A DNA stretch of 59,259 nucleotides, counting the filler. It is 5 parts of 5 records of this genome, joined end to end, with 100 filler letters (N's around TTAATTAATTAA, not from the genome) between each part and the next. Parts side by side here need not be neighbours in the genome. Positions count along the whole stretch, not along the records: positions 1 to 9,063 come from SRR20825019_2424; positions 9,164 to 23,713 come from SRR20825019_2427; 3 more parts are not named here. One strand, written 5' to 3'. Every line of letters starts with the position of its first letter. Positions within the stretch are counted from its first letter, which is position 1. Made by a program: the position numbers and the translations under genes. Under the pieces are notes generated by a model, which saw only the letters and a list, made by a program, of their open reading frames with translations, was not told the DNA's origin and did not search any database. This document shows positions 1 through 9,738 of this stretch, one piece after another.

Positions 1-1
1 C

Positions 2-1096
2 TCCGACCAGCATCGCGGCTGGTTCCATTCATCGCTGCTGGAAAGCTGCGGCACGCGCGGCCGGGCACCGTATAACGCGGTGCTGACCCACGGCTTCGTG
101 CTGGACGAGAACGGCCGCAAGATGTCCAAGTCTCTCGGCAATATCACAGCGCCGCAGGACATCATCGGCCAGAGCGGCGCCGATATCCTGCGTCTCTGGG
201 TGGTGAACTCGGACTATTCCGAGGATCTGCGCGTCGGCAAGGAAATCCTGAAGCATCAGGCCGACCAGTATCGCCGTCTGCGCAACACGCTGCGCTATCT
301 GCTCGGCAATCTCGATGGCTTTACCGAGGCCGAGCGGCTGCCGGTTGCCGAGATGCCGGAGCTGGAGCGTTGGGTGCTGCACCGGCTCTGGGAGCTGGAC
401 AGCATGATCCGCGAGAAGATCGAAGCGTTCGATTTCCACTCGCTGTTCACCCAGTTGCACAATTTCTGCGCTGTCGACCTTTCGGCCTTCTATTTCGATA
501 TCCGCAAGGACAGCTTCTATTGCGACCGGCCGGACTCGATCCGCCGCCGGGCCGCGCGCACGGTGCTGGATGAGGTGTTCAACCGGCTGACCGCATGGCT
601 CGCGCCGGTACTCTGCTTCACGGCGGAAGAGGCCTGGACGACACGCGGAACCGGTCCGGAGGAATCCGTGCATCTGCGGACCTTCCCGGAAACGCCGGAA
701 GGCTGGCGCGACGATGCGGTCGCGGCACGCTGGGCCGAGATCCGGAATGTCCGCCGTGTCGTCACCGGCGCGCTGGAGCTGGAACGCAACGCGAAGCGTA
801 TCGGGTCTTCCCTGCAGGCGGCCCCGCAGGTTTTCGTCAGCGATGCCGCACTGAAGGCATTCGACGGGCTGGACCCGGCCGAGCTTTTCATCACGTCCGA
901 TGCCACGCTGCTCGCCGGCTCCGGCCCTGACGACGCTTTCCGGCTGGATGATGTGGAAGGTATCTCCGTGGTACCGGCCCTGGCCGACGGCGGAAAATGC
1001 GAGCGGTGCTGGAAAATTCTGCCCGAGGTTGTCGAGCCGCCGGTTTGCAAACGCTGCGCGGACGCGGTCGGCTCGCTCGAAACCGCGGCTGAATAA
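2..1096 (+). CDS. ileS: Isoleucine--tRNA ligase, C-terminal part (5' truncated at window start)
   Basis: Frame is open from base 2 (SDQHRGWFHSSLL); KMSKS motif; C-terminal Zn finger CERCW...CKRC; directly upstream of lspA. Confidence 0.97.
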   Translation, partial: SDQHRGWFHSSLLESCGTRGRAPYNAVLTHGFVLDENGRKMSKSLGNITAPQDIIGQSGADILRLWVVNSDYSEDLRVGKEILKHQADQYRRLRNTLRYLLGNLDGFTEAERLPVAEMPELERWVLHRLWELDSMIREKIEAFDFHSLFTQLHNFCAVDLSAFYFDIRKDSFYCDRPDSIRRRAARTVLDEVFNRLTAWLAPVLCFTAEEAWTTRGTGPEESVHLRTFPETPEGWRDDAVAARWAEIRNVRRVVTGALELERNAKRIGSSLQAAPQVFVSDAALKAFDGLDPAELFITSDATLLAGSGPDDAFRLDDVEGISVVPALADGGKCERCWKILPEVVEPPVCKRCADAVGSLETAAE

Positions 1097-1099
1097 CCG

Positions 1100-1618
1100 G
1101 TGCCGGGCTCGTTGAAACGCAACCTTGTGACCGGCGGGCTACTGGCTCTGCTGGTGGTGCTTGCCGATCAGGTGACCAAGGAATGGGCGCTGGCGACATT
1201 GTTCCGTGACGGAGCGGTGGTCGAGGTGACGCCGTTTTTCAATCTGGTCGCCGTCTGGAACCGGGGTGTCAGTTTCGGCCTGCTGGCGAGTGACGATCCG
1301 ATGACGCCTTTCTACCTGTCCGGGTTCGCTGTCGCCGTTGTGATCGGGCTTACGGTCTGGCTGGCACGGGCGCCCACTCAATTGCTGCGGATTTCGCTTG
1401 GCCTGATCATCGGCGGGGCGATCGGGAATGTGATTGACCGGTTGCGCTATAATGCGGTTGTCGATTTCATTGACTGGCATGCGTTCGGATATCACTGGCC
1501 AGCTTTTAATCTTGCCGATAGTGCGATATCGGTTGGCGTAGTATTTTTATTGTTTGATAGCTTTCTTGGTGACTCGCAGAGTTCGGATTCCCAGATATCC
1601 AGGGGAGACGGAGAATGA
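1100..1618 (+). CDS. lspA: Lipoprotein signal peptidase II
   Basis: DQVTK, NRGVSFG, GNVIDR, VVDFID and FNLAD motifs; canonical ileS-lspA linkage. Confidence 0.97.
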   Translation: MPGSLKRNLVTGGLLALLVVLADQVTKEWALATLFRDGAVVEVTPFFNLVAVWNRGVSFGLLASDDPMTPFYLSGFAVAVVIGLTVWLARAPTQLLRISLGLIIGGAIGNVIDRLRYNAVVDFIDWHAFGYHWPAFNLADSAISVGVVFLLFDSFLGDSQSSDSQISRGDGE

Positions 1619-1649
1619 ACGGGATAGCCATCGACCGGAGTAGCATGGA

Positions 1650-2240
1650 ATGATCAGGGTCAGTCGTACTGTCGGCTTCACCCTCTGCGCCGTGGTGATC
1701 GGCTTGCAGGGGTGCAGCGAAATCCAGAAAGCAGTCGGCAACACAAAGCAGGCACCGGATGAGTTCGCCGTGGTTGCGCGGCCGCCGCTCAGCGTGCCGC
1801 CGAACTTTGCCCTGCGCCCGCCGACCCCAGGCGAGCCGCGCCCGCAGGAACGCGACGTGACGAAGAGTGCGGAGCGGCTGGTGCTGGGTAACGGCACCCG
1901 GAGTACGGTATCCGGTACCGCCGGGAATGTGCCTGCTTCGGCACCGAGCACGGCTGTTTCGCGGGAAACGCCGGGCGAAGCGAAGATGCGGCAATTGCTG
2001 AATACCGCCAGTGCCGAGCCGGGTATCCGCCAGACGGTGAACCGGGAAACCAGCACCTTCCTCTACGAAGAGGAATATCTGATCGACAATCTGCTTTTCT
2101 GGCGTGAGAAGGCTCCGCGCGGCGTGGTTGTCGATGCCCAGGCGGAGCAGAAGCGCCTGCAGGAAAACGCGGCCCTCGGCAACGAGCCGACAGCGGGCAC
2201 CACGCCGGTCATTGAGCGCAAGCGCAAGGGGCTGTTCTAG
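1650..2240 (+). CDS. DUF3035-like lipoprotein
   Basis: Lipobox LQGC; PDEFAVVARPPLSVPP motif; usual position after lspA in alphaproteobacteria. Confidence 0.8.
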   Translation: MIRVSRTVGFTLCAVVIGLQGCSEIQKAVGNTKQAPDEFAVVARPPLSVPPNFALRPPTPGEPRPQERDVTKSAERLVLGNGTRSTVSGTAGNVPASAPSTAVSRETPGEAKMRQLLNTASAEPGIRQTVNRETSTFLYEEEYLIDNLLFWREKAPRGVVVDAQAEQKRLQENAALGNEPTAGTTPVIERKRKGLF

Positions 2241-2256
2241 GCCGACGGTCTCGATC

Positions 2257-2991
2257 ATGCCTGATCGTCTTGTTTTTTTCGCCGCGGGAAGCCTCGCAGC
2301 CGTGCTTCAGGATATCTGCTCGCGGTTCGAACAGACGACGGGGAGGCCCGTCGATATGAGTTTCGGACCGTCCGGCCTGATGCGGAAACGCATTGAAACC
2401 GGTGCACGGGCCGATCTGTTCGCCTCGGCCGACATGGAGCATCCCCGTGTGCTGCACCGGCGCGGTCTGGCCGGGCGTACAAGACTGTTTGCCCGGAACG
2501 AGCTTGTGGCGATCGTCCGTGCGGGGATCGTGGCGGAAAGCGATACTCTGCTGGAAACGCTCCTCGATCCGGACATTCGGGTCGGAACCTCCACGCCGGA
2601 CGCGGATCCGTCCGGCGATTATGCCTGGCGGCTGTTCCAGAAAGCCGGCGTGATCCGGCCCGGAGCGTACGAGACCCTGGATGCCAAGGCACAGAAACTG
2701 ACGGGCGGGTCAATTTCGGCCCCGGTGCCGGGAGGACGCAACCTCTATGGCTGGATGCTGGAGCAGGGACGGACGGATCTGTTCCTGACCTACAGGACTA
2801 ATGCCGTCCTCGCCGCACGCGAGGTGACGGGGCTTCAGATCGTGGAAGTGCCGGAAGCCCTGCGCGTTGGCGCGGAATACGGCATCACGGTGATGAAGAA
2901 TGCTCCCGAACAGGCGACGGGATTGCGGGATTTCATCCTCGGCTCCGAGGGACAGACGGTGCTCTTGGCGCATGGTTTTGATCTGCCCTGA
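2257..2991 (+). CDS. ModA-like (SBP_bac_11) substrate-binding-fold protein with no evident signal peptide
   Basis: AAGSL, FGPSG, ADLFASAD and STPDADPSGDY motifs; start placed at ATG 2257 just after the upstream stop. Confidence 0.8.
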   Translation: MPDRLVFFAAGSLAAVLQDICSRFEQTTGRPVDMSFGPSGLMRKRIETGARADLFASADMEHPRVLHRRGLAGRTRLFARNELVAIVRAGIVAESDTLLETLLDPDIRVGTSTPDADPSGDYAWRLFQKAGVIRPGAYETLDAKAQKLTGGSISAPVPGGRNLYGWMLEQGRTDLFLTYRTNAVLAAREVTGLQIVEVPEALRVGAEYGITVMKNAPEQATGLRDFILGSEGQTVLLAHGFDLP

Positions 2992-3013
2992 AACGGCACT
3001 CTGACCGGAGTGC

Positions 3014-3041
3014 CTTGTTCATGCCGTAAATTTTTCCATAT
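3014..3041 (+). promoter_or_regulatory. Possible RpoH (sigma32)-type promoter for the M16 peptidase genes
   Basis: CTTGTT-N16-CCATAT resembles the alphaproteobacterial RpoH consensus CTTGAA-N15/16-CCTATAT. Confidence 0.35.
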
Positions 3042-3093
3042 CTCGGATGATCGGATACCGGAACGCTCCGTTACCGGAGGCAGGAGACTGACA

Positions 3094-4440
3094 GTGAAAT
3101 CATTGGCGATCGCGAAGCGGCTGACCCTGGCGATGGTATGTGTCGTCATGATCGCCGGGCGGGCGGATGCGAAAGTCTACGAGCCCGAGAGCATCACGCT
3201 GGCGAACGGCATGCAGGTGGTCGCCATCACCGATCACCGGGTGCCGGTGGTAACCCATATGGTCTGGTACAAGGTCGGCGGGGCGGACGAGGCGCCGGGC
3301 GAGACAGGGCTGGCACATTTTCTTGAGCACCTTCTCTTCAAGGGCACGGAGAAAGTGCCCTCGGGCGAGTTCTCCCGCACCGTCTCCCGTAATGGCGGGG
3401 AGGGCAATGCCTTCACCGGCTACGATTACACCGCTTTCTTCCAGACCATCGCCTCGGACAAGCTGCCGCTGATGATGGAGATGGAAGCGGACCGCATGGT
3501 GAACCTGACGCTGGACCCGGACGAGGTCGCGGCGGAACGCGAGGTGGTGCTGGAAGAACGCCGCTCCCGGATCGACAACAGCCCGGGCGCGTTGTTGAAC
3601 GAGCGGACCAACGCGGCGCTTTATCTCAACTACCCCTATCGCCATCCGCTGATCGGCTGGGCGCATGAGATCAAGGCGCTGACCCGCGAGAACGCGCTGG
3701 CCTTCTATCGCAAATGGTATGCCCCGAATAACGCCGTGCTGGTGGTTGCGGGCGACATCACCATGGATGAGTTGAAGCCGCTGGCGGAGAAATATTACGG
3801 TGTGATCCCCGCCCGCGCCGTACCGGACCGCAACCGTCCGCTGGAGCCGGAGCAGATCAGCGCCCGCCGCATTGAGTTTGCCCATCCGCAGGTCGGCCAG
3901 GTCAGCTGGAGCCGCCGTTATCTGGCGCCGAGCCAGTTCTATGGCGCAAGCGATCAGGCCATGCCGCTCGCCGTGCTGGCGGAAGTGATTGGCGGCGGGG
4001 CAACCAGCCGGCTCTACAAGGCGCTGGTGATCGACCGGAAGATCGCCCTTTCTGCCGGTGCGTCTTATAGCGGGAGCAGCATCGGACCCGGCACGTTCTC
4101 TTTTTATGGCGTGCCCGCCGAGGGAGTCGCCGTTGAAAAGCTTGAAGCGGCCTTCGAGGCGGAACTTGCCGCCATTCTGCGTGACGGTGTCGATGCGCAG
4201 GAAGTCGCACGCGCGGTCAAATCGATGAAGGCCAGCGCGGTCTATGCCCGGGACAGCGTGACCGCACCGGCCCATGCCGTGGGGCAGGCGCTCGCCATCG
4301 GACGCACAATTGACGATATCGAAAGCTGGCCGGACCAGGTTGGTGCGGTGACACTGGAACAGGTCATGCAGGCGGCGCGGGACGTTCTGGAAACGCCTGC
4401 GCACGTCACAAGCATCCTGCGCCCGAAACCGGCAAGCTGA
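3094..4440 (+). CDS. M16B zinc metallopeptidase, catalytic subunit
   Basis: Inverted Zn motif HFLEH, NAFTGYDYT, EREVVLEERR; signal peptide; AGGAG RBS before GTG 3094. Confidence 0.93.
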   Translation: MKSLAIAKRLTLAMVCVVMIAGRADAKVYEPESITLANGMQVVAITDHRVPVVTHMVWYKVGGADEAPGETGLAHFLEHLLFKGTEKVPSGEFSRTVSRNGGEGNAFTGYDYTAFFQTIASDKLPLMMEMEADRMVNLTLDPDEVAAEREVVLEERRSRIDNSPGALLNERTNAALYLNYPYRHPLIGWAHEIKALTRENALAFYRKWYAPNNAVLVVAGDITMDELKPLAEKYYGVIPARAVPDRNRPLEPEQISARRIEFAHPQVGQVSWSRRYLAPSQFYGASDQAMPLAVLAEVIGGGATSRLYKALVIDRKIALSAGASYSGSSIGPGTFSFYGVPAEGVAVEKLEAAFEAELAAILRDGVDAQEVARAVKSMKASAVYARDSVTAPAHAVGQALAIGRTIDDIESWPDQVGAVTLEQVMQAARDVLETPAHVTSILRPKPAS

Positions 4441-4447
4441 GGAAAAT

Positions 4448-5806
4448 ATGATGCGGACCCTATTTGCACGGGCTTCTGTCCCGTTTCTGGTTTTCGCCAC
4501 CCTCCTGCTGGTACGGCCGGGCATGGCGGAGGCCATCGAGATCCAGCGTGTGGTCAGCCCCGGCGGCATCGAGGCCTGGCTGGTCGAGGATCACAAGAAC
4601 CCGATCATCACGCTCTCCGCCAGTTTTGAAGGCGGTGCGGCGGCAGATCCGGAAGGCAAGGAAGGTCTCGCCGTGCTGACCTCCAGCCTGCTGGATGAAG
4701 GCGCCGGGTCCTATGACAGCGATGCTTTCCGGCGCAAGCTGGAGGATCTGGTGATCGGTCTTGGCTTCAGTGCGGGCCAGGACAATTTCGGCGCCAGCCT
4801 GCAGACCCTGACCGAAAATACCGATACGGCCTTTGAGCTGCTGCGGCTGGCCATGACAGAGCCGCGGTTCGATGCCGAGCCGGTGGAGCGTATCCGGGCG
4901 CAGATCATCGCCGGGCTGAAGCGCAGCGAGAACCGGCCGCAGACCATCGTCAGCCGGGTCTGGTGGCAGGCGGCTTTCCCGGACCATCCCTATGGCCGTC
5001 CCTCCCGGGGCACTGTGGACAGTGTCGGGCGGATCACAACGGAAGACATGAAGGCTTTCGCCAATCGGGTGCTGACCCGGAGCGGGATGAAGATCGGCGT
5101 TGTCGGCGATATCACGTCGGAGCGACTGGGCACCCTGCTGGACAGGACCTTCGGGGCTTTGCCGGAGACGGGTGTTTCGATTCCGCCGGTGCCGGCGAAA
5201 CCGGCAGCCATCGGGGAGACCTTCGTGGTCGAGAGCCCGGTGCCGCAATCGGTCGTCGTGTTCGGCCATCGCGGCATCGCGCGGGATGATCCGGACAGGT
5301 TCGCCGCCGCCATCCTGATGGAAGTCATGGCCGGTGGTTTCGGCTCCCGCCTGACCGAGGAAATTCGTGAGAAACGCGGCCTGACATACGGCATCTATGC
5401 CTACACGCTCCCCCTTGAAGACACGGAGCTGGTGATGGGCGGGGTCTCGACCCGGAATGACAAGGTCGCCGAGACGGTGGGGCTTGTGCGCGAGATCTGG
5501 GCGGAGATGGCGGCGAACGGGCCGACCGAAGAAGAAGTGAGCGACGCCAAGACATATCTCAACGGCTCTTTCCCGATGCGCCTGACGAGTTCCCGGCCGA
5601 TTGCCGGGTTGCTGGTCTCACTGCAGCGGAACGGGCGGCCCATCGATTATCTGGACGGGCGGGTTGAGCGGATCAATGCGGTCACGATGGCGGATTTGAA
5701 GCGGGTGGCGAAGCGGCTGTTTCTGGCGGACGAGCTGACCTTTTCCGTGGTTGGCCAGCCAAAGGGCGTGACGCCCACGGCGTCGGCGCCTGAACCGAGA
5801 TCCTGA
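4448..5806 (+). CDS. M16B peptidase-like partner subunit lacking HxxEH
   Basis: GIEAWLVED and SRLTEEIREKRGLTYG motifs; no HxxEH; tandem with the catalytic subunit. Confidence 0.92.
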   Translation: MMRTLFARASVPFLVFATLLLVRPGMAEAIEIQRVVSPGGIEAWLVEDHKNPIITLSASFEGGAAADPEGKEGLAVLTSSLLDEGAGSYDSDAFRRKLEDLVIGLGFSAGQDNFGASLQTLTENTDTAFELLRLAMTEPRFDAEPVERIRAQIIAGLKRSENRPQTIVSRVWWQAAFPDHPYGRPSRGTVDSVGRITTEDMKAFANRVLTRSGMKIGVVGDITSERLGTLLDRTFGALPETGVSIPPVPAKPAAIGETFVVESPVPQSVVVFGHRGIARDDPDRFAAAILMEVMAGGFGSRLTEEIREKRGLTYGIYAYTLPLEDTELVMGGVSTRNDKVAETVGLVREIWAEMAANGPTEEEVSDAKTYLNGSFPMRLTSSRPIAGLLVSLQRNGRPIDYLDGRVERINAVTMADLKRVAKRLFLADELTFSVVGQPKGVTPTASAPEPRS

Positions 5807-5890
5807 AGCACGGGCCAAATGCGATTATATGCTTAACAGCCCTGTTCGGATGGTGGTTCCGGCTCCGGGCATCTGCTAGATTCGAGTACT

Positions 5891-7219
5891 ATGAAAACGT
5901 GTCCCTTGGTGGCCGGCCCGCTCCGGCATGATTTTTCCGCGACATCCGAGGACCGGCTCGGCGATGCCGGTCTCTCCTTTGCCGCTCTTCAGGCATTGGC
6001 TCCGGCCGCCGCCTCGTCGCTTGCAGGCCTTCGGGAGAAGAAGGAGAGCGGGGCTCTGCCGCTGCTCTCGCTGCCCTGGCGGCGGGACGATCTGGAAGCA
6101 GGCAGGGCACTGGCGCAGGAACTGCGCGGCTGGGCCCGGCACGTGCTGGTGCTCGGCATTGGCGGCTCCAGTCTCGGCGGGGCGACGATCTGTCGGCTGG
6201 CGGAGAAGGGCACGGCCTTCTCTCCGGATGCGCCAAAGCTGCATTTCCTCGACAATATCGACCCGGCGACCTTCACTTCGATCTTCCGGCGCATCGCGCT
6301 GGAGAAGACGGCTGTGATCGCCATCTCCAAATCCGGCGGCACGGCGGAGACATTGTGTCAGACCCTGATTTGCCATGATGCGTTTGTCGCGGCGGGACTC
6401 GATCCGGCGCAGCATTTCATCACGGTCACCGAACCGGGCCCGCGCCCGCTCCGCCAGTTCGCGGAGAAGATCGGGTGCCGGTGTCTGGATCATGATCCGG
6501 CTATTGGCGGGCGTTATTCCGGCCTGACCCTGAACGGTTTGCTGCCGGCCATGATCGTCGGGCTCGACGCGGAGGCTATCCGGCGTGGCGCGGCGGCTGT
6601 GACCGACGCGGCTCTTGCGCCGTCGGACCCGCTTGAGAGCACACCGGCTCTCGGGGCCATGGTCAATATCGGCCTCGGCCGTGAGCGTGGCGTCACCCAG
6701 ACCGTGCTGATGCCCTATAGCGACAGGCTGGACCGGATGGGTGACTGGTTTACCCAGCTCTGGGCGGAAAGCCTCGGCAAGCACGGCAACGGCACGACCC
6801 CGATCAGCGCGCTCGGCGCGGTCGATCAGCATAGCAGCCTGCAGCTCTTCCTCGATGGCCCGCGCGACAAGCTGGTGACATTGGTGCTGAGCGCCGTTGC
6901 CGGTACGGGCGGCACGGTCGGCCCGAACGCGACGGAGCTGATGGGGGACGGGCTCTCCTATCTCGCCGGACGGACCATGGGCGACCTGATGGACGCAGAG
7001 CAGCGGGCGACGGCGGAAACCCTGATTGCCAACAGGCGGCCGACCCGGATCATCCATATCGACGCCGTCGACGAGGAAAGTGTCGGCGCGCTGATGATGC
7101 ATTTCTTCCTGGAGACCATGGTGGCGGCCGATCTGATCGGCGTCGATGCGTTCGACCAGCCCGCCGTCGAGGATGGCAAGGTGCTGGCCCGCCGGTATCT
7201 GGCGGAGATGGCCGGGTGA
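5891..7219 (+). CDS. pgi: Glucose-6-phosphate isomerase (short 442-aa type)
   Basis: GIGGSSLG, SKSGGTAET, GGRYS, QLWAESLGK, DQHS and FDQPAVEDGK motifs. Confidence 0.92.
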   Translation: MKTCPLVAGPLRHDFSATSEDRLGDAGLSFAALQALAPAAASSLAGLREKKESGALPLLSLPWRRDDLEAGRALAQELRGWARHVLVLGIGGSSLGGATICRLAEKGTAFSPDAPKLHFLDNIDPATFTSIFRRIALEKTAVIAISKSGGTAETLCQTLICHDAFVAAGLDPAQHFITVTEPGPRPLRQFAEKIGCRCLDHDPAIGGRYSGLTLNGLLPAMIVGLDAEAIRRGAAAVTDAALAPSDPLESTPALGAMVNIGLGRERGVTQTVLMPYSDRLDRMGDWFTQLWAESLGKHGNGTTPISALGAVDQHSSLQLFLDGPRDKLVTLVLSAVAGTGGTVGPNATELMGDGLSYLAGRTMGDLMDAEQRATAETLIANRRPTRIIHIDAVDEESVGALMMHFFLETMVAADLIGVDAFDQPAVEDGKVLARRYLAEMAG

Positions 7220-9063
7220 GCGGAAACGCTTCCAGAATTGAGGAAACGGTCGGACGTATCCGGCGCCTGCCGGACGGGTTGGTCAACCGGATCGCCGCGG
7301 GCGAAGTCGTCGAACGCCCGGCAAGTGCCGCCAAGGAGCTGATCGAGAACGCACTGGATGCCGGGGCGACCCGCGTCGACGTGATCATGCGCGACGGCGG
7401 CCGGACCGCCATCACCGTGACCGATAACGGCATGGGCATGAGCCGGGAAGAGCTGGAAGTCGCTGTCGAGCGGCACGCAACTTCCAAGCTGAAGGGCGAG
7501 GATCTTACCCATATCACCAGCCTCGGTTTCCGGGGCGAGGCGCTGCCCTCCATCGGCGCTGTCAGCCGAATGACCATCACCACCCGCGCGGCGTCTGCAG
7601 GCCCGGAGGAGAGCGCCTGGAGCCTGTCCGTCGAAGGCGGCTGGGTCACACCGCCGGAGCCGGCCGCGCTCGGCCAGGGCACGCGCATAGATGTCAGGGA
7701 CCTGTTCTATGCCACGCCCGCGCGCCTCAAGTTCCTGAAGGCGCCGCGCACCGAGTACAGCCATGCCGTCGATGTCATCGAGCGGCTGGCCATGGCGCAC
7801 CCGCATGTCGCCTTCACGCTTGGCGATGGCGGCCGGACGACGATCCGGCTGAACGAGGCGGAAGGCGATCTGTTCCAGGCCCGGCTGGTCCGGCTCGGCG
7901 CCGTCATGGGGCGCGATTTCGAAGATAACGCCCTGCCCATCGAGGCGGAGCGCGAGGGTATCCGGCTTTCCGGCTATGCGGGTCTGCCGACCATCAACAA
8001 GCGCACTACCAGCCATCAGTTCCTGTTCGTGAACGGACGCCCGGTGCGGGACAAGCTGCTCTATGGCGCCGTGCGTGGTGCCTATATGGATTTCATCTCG
8101 CATGACCGGCACCCGCTGCTGGCCCTGTTCCTCGACGTGCCGCCGGAGGTGGTCGATGTGAACGTGCACCCGGCGAAGACCGAAGTCCGGTTCCGGGAGC
8201 CGGGGCTGGTGCGCGGGCTGATCGTCGGCGCGCTGAAACATGCGCTCGTCGATGCCGGACACCGGGCTTCGACCACGGTCGCCAATGCGACGCTGGGGGC
8301 GCTCGGGCGGTCCGTTGAAAACCAGATGCCGCAGACAAGCTATGCCTGGCAGCCGCAGAACCGGTCGGGATACGGAACCACGGTGTCGCGTGGCATGGCC
8401 GAGTCCGGCATGGCGTATCAGGCTCCCATTGGCCAGCCTTCCGGAGAAAAGCCTTCAGGCGGCATGTGGCAGGACGAGGCACCGCAGGCCCGTTCCGAAG
8501 CCCCGACCCCGGAAAGCGCGGCACTGGAGGCCCATCCACTCGGTGCGGCCCGTGCCCAGCTGCATGAGAATTACATCGTGGCTCAGACCAGCGAAGGCAT
8601 GGTGATCGTCGATCAGCACGCGGCTCATGAGCGACTGGTCTATGAGCGGATGAAGAAGGCGCTGGAAGCGGACGGTATCAAGCGGCAGATGCTGCTGATC
8701 CCCGAAGTGGTGGATCTGGACGAAGCCTCGGTCGAGCGGCTGGCCGCGCGGGCAGAAGAATTCGCGGAACTTGGCCTTGTGCTGGAGCCGTTCGGCGGCG
8801 GTGCCGTGGTGGTGCGCGAAGTGCCGGCGCTGATGGGCGAGGCGGATGTGGCGGGTCTGGTGCGTGACCTCGCCGAGGAGTTGACCGAGTTCGGCGAGGC
8901 CATGGCCCTGAAGGACAAGCTGGCGCATATCTGCGGCACTATCGCTTGTCACGGCTCGGTGCGCTCGGGGCGTCGGCTGACCGTCGAGGAAATGAACGCG
9001 CTGTTGCGCGAGATGGAAATCACCCCCCATTCCGGGCAGTGCAACCATGGCCGCCCGACCTAT
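7216..9063 (+). CDS. mutL: DNA mismatch repair endonuclease MutL (3' truncated at contig end)
   Basis: NRIAAGEVVERP, GFRGEAL, DQHAAHER, ACHGS and CNHGRPT motifs. Confidence 0.98.
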
Positions 9064-9163
9064 NNNNNNNNNNNNNNNNNNNNNNNNNNNNNNNNNNNNN
9101 NNNNNNNTTAATTAATTAANNNNNNNNNNNNNNNNNNNNNNNNNNNNNNNNNNNNNNNNNNNN
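9064..9163. other. Artificial contig-joining spacer
   Basis: N44-TTAATTAATTAA-N44 with stops in all six frames; genes on both sides are truncated. Confidence 0.99.
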
Positions 9164-9660
9164 AGATTGAGCGTCGCGGCCGACTGGCGATAGGCCATCA
9201 GCAGACGGTTCGGATCGGGGACGCGCGATGCTTCGGTGAAAGCGATGTCGTTGATGATGTCGCCGCGATAGGAGGGCAGTTCCACGCCGTCGATGGTCTC
9301 GGTATCGGCTGAACGCGGCTTGGCGAACTGGCCGGCGACGCGGCCGACCTTGACCACGGGCTTGGATGCCCCATGGGTCAGAACCACCGCCATCTGCAGG
9401 AAGACGCGGAAGAAATCGCGAATATGATCGGCGCCATGTTCGGCAAAGCTTTCGGCGCAATCGCCACCCTGGAGCAGGAACGCCTCGCCACGCGCGACTG
9501 CGGCCAGACGGGACTTCAGTTCACGCGCTTCGCCGGCAAAGACCAGCGGCGGGAAGGTTGCAAGCTGGCGCTCGGCGTCCTGGAGGGCCGCTGGATCGGG
9601 ATAGGCAGGCACCTGCCGGATCGGCTTGTCGCGCCAGGAACTGGGGGTCCAGGTGGTCAT
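9164..9660 (-). CDS. Class II DAHP synthase, N-terminal part (truncated)
   Basis: [18 protein letters not shown] and [12 protein letters not shown] motifs. Confidence 0.95.
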
Positions 9661-9738
9661 AATCTGTCTCGCTTCTGGCCGGGCAGGAAGGGTGAGGGCG
9701 ATCTAGCAAGCCAGAGCGCCCCTGCCAAGCGGAAAGGG

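Noticed and set aside
4448-5806. M16 peptidase without a zinc motif as a pseudogene
   Set aside because: A non-catalytic partner is normal for heterodimeric M16B peptidases, and the ORF is intact.
9064-9163. TTAATTAATTAA repeated four times, superficially like a CtrA site or a repeat family
   Set aside because: Always centred in N runs of identical length; it is an artificial six-frame-stop linker.
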